Of a DNA stretch of 64,000 bases, positions 57,964-64,000 are shown in pieces (positions within the stretch are counted from its first letter, which is position 1; the number at the start of each line of letters is the position of its first letter). Below the pieces are notes generated by a model, which saw nothing but the letters and a program-made list of their open reading frames with translations, made no database searches and had not been told where the DNA came from. Origin of the DNA: Macrostomum hystrix (taxonomy: Eukaryota > Animalia > Platyhelminthes); the NCBI GenBank assembly GCA_950097015.1, contig CATNEN010000039.1, forward strand, positions 10,168,001-10,232,000. The letters are read 5' to 3'. The translations under genes and the position numbers were made by a program.

Positions 57964-58863
57964 CTATGCTTGAAGAGTGTCGGGGTCGGTGGTCCGCTGG
58001 CCGGGGCGTAGCTCCTCTTCGTAGTCGCACAGCAACTGCACAAAGCCGCTGTTGAGAAAGAAGTAACTGTGACACCGCCGCAGCTCTGCCCAGGCCTCTT
58101 TTAAGCTCATGTCGTACTGGTTCATGAGGTAGGCCAGCACGTAGACTGGGCTGCAGGAAACTCCATCGTCGCAGTACACGAGGGTTGGCTTTACACCGCC
58201 TTCGCTGATCTGCTGGCCGATGAATGCGACAGCCACGCTCAAGTACTCCTTGACGTAGCACTCCAGCATATTTTTCGTTGGAAGCAGCAGTAGGTCGTGA
58301 CCGAGTTTTTCAATCATCGGGTTCTCCTCCAGAGTGCACTTTACGTGAGCCCTAATTTTGAGATCTTTCATCACGTGCGGTTGGCGAGCCTGTGCCAGGT
58401 CTCCGAGGTAGAGCTTTCCAGGAATGACCTCGTATGGATAAGCTTGCCGACTGTCCAGCTCTTGGGGCATGAAAATGATCTTTTGCGTCCTCAGGAATGG
58501 GTAGAGAGCCGAAAATCGTTCATATCCTCCAGTTACAATCTGAACTGGGTTCTTGCTTCCGTAGCTAGCCATTAGCTTAGCACAGCGAACTGCGTTACTA
58601 TCCTCATCGAGATCTGATGTGTTACCATCATACACAACAACGTTTTCTTTGCACTCCAGTTCGGCATCATATGGTAGCTTGAATTCATTGGTCATCTCAT
58701 CCGACTTGACGAATTTTCCCAACACGACGTGGCTTTCGTTATACTCTTCGCGAGTACGGCAATCCAGAAGTAGAAGGTAGTTTGTGTTTGATGTATTAGG
58801 ATACACAGAATGATGACTTAAATAATTGTAAAGCACCGTGGGCTCGATGAAAGTAAGCGCCAT
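57964..58863 (-). CDS. STYXL1: Serine/threonine/tyrosine-interacting-like protein 1 (MK-STYX): rhodanese plus pseudo dual-specificity phosphatase
   Basis: EPTVLYNYL, YLLLLDCRTREEYNESHV, VVYDGNT, GGYERFSALYPFLRTQKIIFMPQELD and YPYEVIPGKLYLG match STYXL1. The P-loop reads VYCDDGVSCS. Confidence 0.9.
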   Translation of the reverse strand: MALTFIEPTVLYNYLSHHSVYPNTSNTNYLLLLDCRTREEYNESHVVLGKFVKSDEMTNEFKLPYDAELECKENVVVYDGNTSDLDEDSNAVRCAKLMASYGSKNPVQIVTGGYERFSALYPFLRTQKIIFMPQELDSRQAYPYEVIPGKLYLGDLAQARQPHVMKDLKIRAHVKCTLEENPMIEKLGHDLLLLPTKNMLECYVKEYLSVAVAFIGQQISEGGVKPTLVYCDDGVSCSPVYVLAYLMNQYDMSLKEAWAELRRCHSYFFLNSGFVQLLCDYEEELRPGQRTTDPDTLQA

Positions 58864-60158
58864 GATTTTGTGATTTCGTTTGCTAGGTCTGTAGGCCAGT
58901 ATTTTTCCGTCTTAGATGGTTCGTTAGATTATACTCTATAGTTTGCAGTATTTTTTAGCTTTCAAAACGGTTTTTGAAGAATCTGAAAATGGATAGAAGC
59001 CCTAGAGACAGAAAATAAAGTAAAATGATAAAGCCATGCAGATGAATTAATAAAAAGTCAAGTTCTTGTGATGAAATGTTGTTGTACAACATATTTCTTA
59101 AAGACTGTGTATGTATGTAGCTACTTTGTTGTTATACTATTAAAGAAAGCGATGGGCAGTTTTTTAAATATCCGTTGTTTTACGTTGTTGTATGCTTGGG
59201 GACGAATAACAAGCGTGTTGCACACGCAAATTTAGGAAAATAAATTCGCGTTCTTATTGGAAAACTGACTTTTGCCAGAGCCAAATAATCTACTACTACT
59301 ACTACTAAGCATGTTGTTCGGCGTAAAAAACCGTGCGTGCCAAATTTGGTCGCTTTTAGGCAAACGATTTTGTATTTCACGCAACTGTGTAGTGACGAGT
59401 TTGCTTCTCGTAAGTTTCAGCTTCAAGCCGAAGCAGCATCCGGCCAGTTGTCATGGTCCAATTAACTACGCTTCACTGCAGTATAGACTTTGTCATAAGT
59501 TTTTATAAATGTAATTAGAAAAATAATATTCTAGGGGTCCAATGATAGCCCTAGCTAGCTACCCTAATACACAAGTTTATAGCCCTTAAGGGGTCTTAAG
59601 AATGGCCCAACTTTGCTACCCTTTCCTAGCAATATCTCTAAATTTAAGGACTGCATTCATAGAACACTGAGCGCATAATGATTTAACACTTATAATGTGT
59701 TATAAATTATTCTTGGCTCTGTAAGCTTATGTATTGAGGTGTATAGTTTGTATAGTTAGACATGCATAAATATCTATATATATTATTCAGATGTATAACT
59801 ATATATTTATTTTTAAAACTATAAATTTAATGCATATAAAAGACATATCTTAGGCATATATAGGCCCTCTATGTTTCAATCTATATAGGCCCCTAGCTAT
59901 CTATCTCATATATATCATATAAGTCTAAATCTATTCAAGTCTATGACTTAGTCTATAGTCTATCAACACAATAAGTAGTTTATGTTTTTTTTGTTAATTT
60001 TACATATAGATTAGAAATTATCTTAAAATATGGAACAACAGAGAATGAGTGAGACACAAATAAGCCAAAAGGGGTGGTCTATAGTATAGACTATAATATA
60101 GCCTAGTGATTTATAAATCTTTATACAATATTCTTTTCCTAGCCATGGGTCAAATTAC

Positions 60159-63100
60159 CAGTGTTGGGCAAGTTACTCAAAAAAAGTAACTTCCGTTACA
60201 GTAACTTCCGTTACCAAAGAAAGTAACTTCCGGTAAAAGTTACTGTAACGCTTTAACAAAAAGTAACTTCCGGTACTCCGTTACTGTAAGTCCGTTACTT
60301 TTTTATTTGTACGTTATTTCAGTTGTACTATATATGGACATGTCTTTATATTCTAAATAAAATGCGTTATAACCCCTTATAATCACTAACTCACTATACA
60401 TTTTTAACCAGTAACAAAATTATATCAGTAGCAATCTTGCATATTTGTTGTTTGAATAAATTAATTTCCAGGAAAGTAACGAGAACTTTTGACTTAAGTT
60501 TTAACTTTTAACAAGTGTCTTTCCTGAAAATAATTTAATGAATGAGAATGCAGGATTGCCATTTTAGCTGCGAGGCATTTGAAATCCACTTTGAGTCTTT
60601 GACTTATGAAGTTTAAGCTAATAGCAAAAACACAAAAAAGCAGGCAAAAAACTTCCAACTGGCAAAGAGTCCAACTGGCAAAAAACAGTCCAAGTAAGTA
60701 CCAAGTCTATAAAATATTAAATAGATTAACTGATTAAGATGTTAGATGACTGTTTCCCCGCAGCAGCAGCAGACGCGTGAGAGTCCTGTCTGCGAGGGGT
60801 GCACGCTTCGCTCGCAGCACATCTTTTGCCATTGAGAAAGCACGCTCAACGGCAGCGCTGGACGGCACAGCTGTGTTGTAGCGGACGAAGAGGTCTTTAA
60901 TCACTGGCGTATTTTTGAAAGCCAGGTCGGAGACCCCAACTTCTGGCTTCCAGACGCCGTCGAGCCAATCGCGGATTATAATCTTTGCCTTCATCCTGGA
61001 GTTCTCCTCCTTGTGGCTGTGGGGCTTCTGCGGCTGACTGACGTGGCTTAGAAGGTCGTCACTGCCATCGCCATTCCCGCTGGAGAGGCTGCTGCCGTCG
61101 GCTCCATCTCCCACCACTTCGACCTGACTTGCCATCGCTAGTTCCAGTTCGCTCCTCACAGCATTCGCCATGGCCTGCTGTACTCTCTGACACTTCGTCG
61201 CGTCGAAGCACTTCAGCCACGTCAGACGGAATCGGGGGTGGAAGCCTGACGCCAGCAAGCACTCCATGTTGTTGAAGGCGGGCTCAAATCGCTGTCGAAT
61301 ACAGTCCTGCAGGCTGTTGACAAGTCCGTTGCAGTACTCCAGCGCGCTGCCATCTGTTCTGGCCTTCAGCTCGTCCAGCTTCGCGAGGACGCCAGTGACA
61401 ACTGGCAGCATTAGTCCCAAATAGACGTTATTCTCACCCTGGAGCATGTCCAGGGCCATTGCAATCGGTGCCATAACAGCTGCATACTCTCTCAGAACGC
61501 ACGCATCCTCAGCTTGGAATGGCGGCAGGGGCTTCGACAAACCCAGCAGAATGCGATTGATGGCCGGCCGCATGTTGGCGTCGAAGAGCTTTGTCAGCTG
61601 CTGAATGCTGTCGAACAGCGAGTTCCAACGGGTGGCGTTCGGCACGCGGAGCTTGTGCCCCAGCTCGCGATCAATAGCGTCAGCAACAAGGGAGCTACGG
61701 CCTTGCGCATTCCAAAGCGCTTGAGCTTTGGCGATTGCTTTGCGAAAAGGGCCCCTGAGCACGGGAGACCCTTCAACAGCGGCTAGCATATCCGTTGATG
61801 CCACCAGATTGAGGGTGTGGGCTGCGCACCGCATGTGCCGTGGTAGTTGCGCTCCGTCGCCACCGGCACCGAGATCCTCCAACTCAGTGGCGACAGAGAC
61901 TGTCTCCAGTGTCAGGAGGCCAGGAACTTCATCCTCCTCCTGCTCTGAGTCGTCTTGGTCGGCTTCGTTGACATCGTCGCCAGCGCCTGGCTGCAGGAAT
62001 CCGCAGGCAACACCGAAGTCCCGGAAAGCCTGCATTTAAATGAACAAATGTTGGATTGTGTGCCACTGTTTTTTGTTTGTTTAGTATTTAGTAAAGTGAC
62101 AGATGCATAAAGTACAAAAGGCAAAGGGAAGGGTCAAATCCAAAAGGCATTTACCTTCACGAAGTTGGCGCCATTGTCGGTGGTCGTCATGACAACTTTG
62201 TTTTCAATGTTGTAGTGGGCGTGAACTGCCAGCAGCTCCTGTGCAAGGAGCTCGCCCGTGTGACGACCCTGCAGGCGCTGGAAGGCCAGCACAGCGAATT
62301 GGCGCTTGTGCGTTTCTTTCTCCAGCCAATGACACGTCACACCTAGGTAGGCTCTCTGGCCAGCAGATGTCCAACAATCGGCAGTCGTTGCCACGTACTG
62401 GACGCTTTCAAGGATGCTGAAAGTGAGTATGTGGAGGCCAGAGGTACAACTGAGAGGAATATGAATGTCAAGTGTCAACGACTCAAAGTAATTTCATTAT
62501 TTCATTTACCTGTGCAGCCGCTGCTTCATTGCCTCGAACGCCACCCCAATACGCCTGCCCAGAGTGCGGCGAGAAGGCACCTTCACGTGGGGGTTCAGAG
62601 TCTTTACGAGCCTGATGAAGGACTGGGACTCCACCAGGCGCAATGGTAGCATGTTATCAGCAAAGCAGTTGACAAGCTGTATGTTGACATCTTCCTGCAA
62701 GACAGCATGGCCAGAGCGTACCCTAGCAGACATAGCATATGCTTCAGCAATGCTCAACTGCCGTATGCCTTGAGGAGTAGCAGTTGGAGACTCTGCAGCA
62801 TCAGCAGTAGCAACACTGTTTTCAGTAGTGGCAGCAGTGGTAAGACTAAGAGGAGTTGGAGGTGGCATGCCAGACTCAGTGTCAGTGCCAGTGGTTTTGG
62901 CCATTGCCAATGCCATGATGAAGTCTCTGGCCTTTGGATTTACTTTTAGGCTTGGACCTGGGTCATTACTACTGGCATGTCGCTTCTTTCCCCGGTTAGA
63001 TCCTGCCTGGCAGAGTTTCTCAAACTGTAAAGGATAAGAAAATATGAGATAAATCAGATAGTTAGCTTAGCTAAATTAATTAATTAAATAATTAATGAGA

Positions 63101-64000
63101 ATGAGTGCATAAATTCAATAGCTAATCTAATAGGCTGATAAAAAAAGAATAGCCTAATATCTAATAAAGCATTTACAATATAAATAAAATATTAAATAAT
63201 ATGTATATTATATATTCAAGACTTTAACCCCACTAAAATTATTTCTCCTTTTCTAGACATAAATAATCTATACTAAAAAATGAAAATAAATAATTGATAA
63301 ATCAATGAAATATTAAATATAAAGACAACATCATAATTCATAATTCATAAAGACTACTAGTCCACTGAGTCTATTTAATAATAAATACATTATTAAAAGT
63401 ATAAAACTTAAAACATATAATTTATTTTTTATTAAGTATGCTGAATGCTGTACCTGTATACAACATTTATTTTTTAATATATACCTGGTCTAACAGTCTA
63501 AAAGGTTTATTTAATATTTATTTTAGACTTAAACTCATTCGGTTTATTTACCTTTTTTGACTCGCTGGGATGCTTTGACTGCACATGCTTCTTTAGATTC
63601 TGCAGTGATGTTACATGGGACTTGATTAGCTGTTTTTGTGGCGCACACAACTTGCACAAAAAAACTAGGTTAGACTGGGTAGCGCTGCTGCTGCTCTTTT
63701 CCTGCTGTAGCTCAAAAAAGGGAACCAAATGTCCCCAGGGGTTTGGCGTTGGGGACGTCGATGACGATGCCATCAGTGTGCAAATTCTTAAAATTTGGGT
63801 TAATTCGCAGATTCGAGGTAAGGTAACCAGAGTGAGTTACAAAGGTCAGAGTCGAGAAAAGGATTCAAAGGAACAATCGAACGAGAAACGAAAAAAAATT
63901 GAATTCAGTCAACAGATAAACAAAATATACAATTAAAATGTAAAAAGTCACAAAAATACTAATAAATGACTAAAGAGATAGTAAAAAACCTATAAACAAT
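60159..64000 (-). mobile_element. hAT-family DNA transposon (3' terminus in window, 5' terminus beyond it)
   Basis: Terminus CAGTGTTGGGCAAGTTACT at 60159 with subterminal GTAACTTCCG repeats, and a hAT transposase gene inside. Confidence 0.85.
60734..63773 (-). CDS. hAT transposase with BED zinc finger, 4 exons, about 764 aa
   Basis: Exons 63773-63552, 63024-62510, 62416-62155 and 62029-60734 in phase. BED finger (CKLC...HVQSKH), TADCWT, TTDNGAN, RCAAHTLNL, TRWNS and SSAAVERAFS dimerisation motif. Confidence 0.92.

Noticed and set aside
1-64000. Spliced-leader RNA gene, rRNA, or horizontally acquired bacterial segment
   Set aside because: No sequence I could recognise by eye. All identified genes are typical metazoan genes. 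An Rfam scan would be needed to exclude ncRNAs.

Overview
Eukaryotic (metazoan) genomic DNA with GC-rich exons, AT-rich introns and dense minisatellites. This style resembles the free-living flatworm Macrostomum, but that assignment is an inference. Spliced genes reconstructed by hand from GT-AG sites and reading-frame phase: a small 5-exon hypothetical gene (-), dynactin subunit 2 (DCTN2, 7 exons), a CH-domain plus single filamin-repeat protein, RPS25 followed by an 88-aa membrane protein, IQGAP (12 coding exons), cathepsin C (4 exons), three orphan minus-strand ORFs (polyQ-rich, Cys-string, 1077 aa), an N-acylated globin-X-like globin (3 exons), STYXL1/MK-STYX, and an apparently intact spliced hAT transposase with one terminus in the window. 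Also present are two Mutator-type TIR elements and tRNA-derived SINE fragments. The most striking pattern is that most long introns carry their own private minisatellite. Several arrays start exactly at, or copy, the adjacent splice site, giving long runs of decoy 5' or 3' splice sites; the extreme case is about 77 copies of a GTGAGT-initiated 30-mer. Most ORFs in the supplied track that fall in repeats are artefacts.
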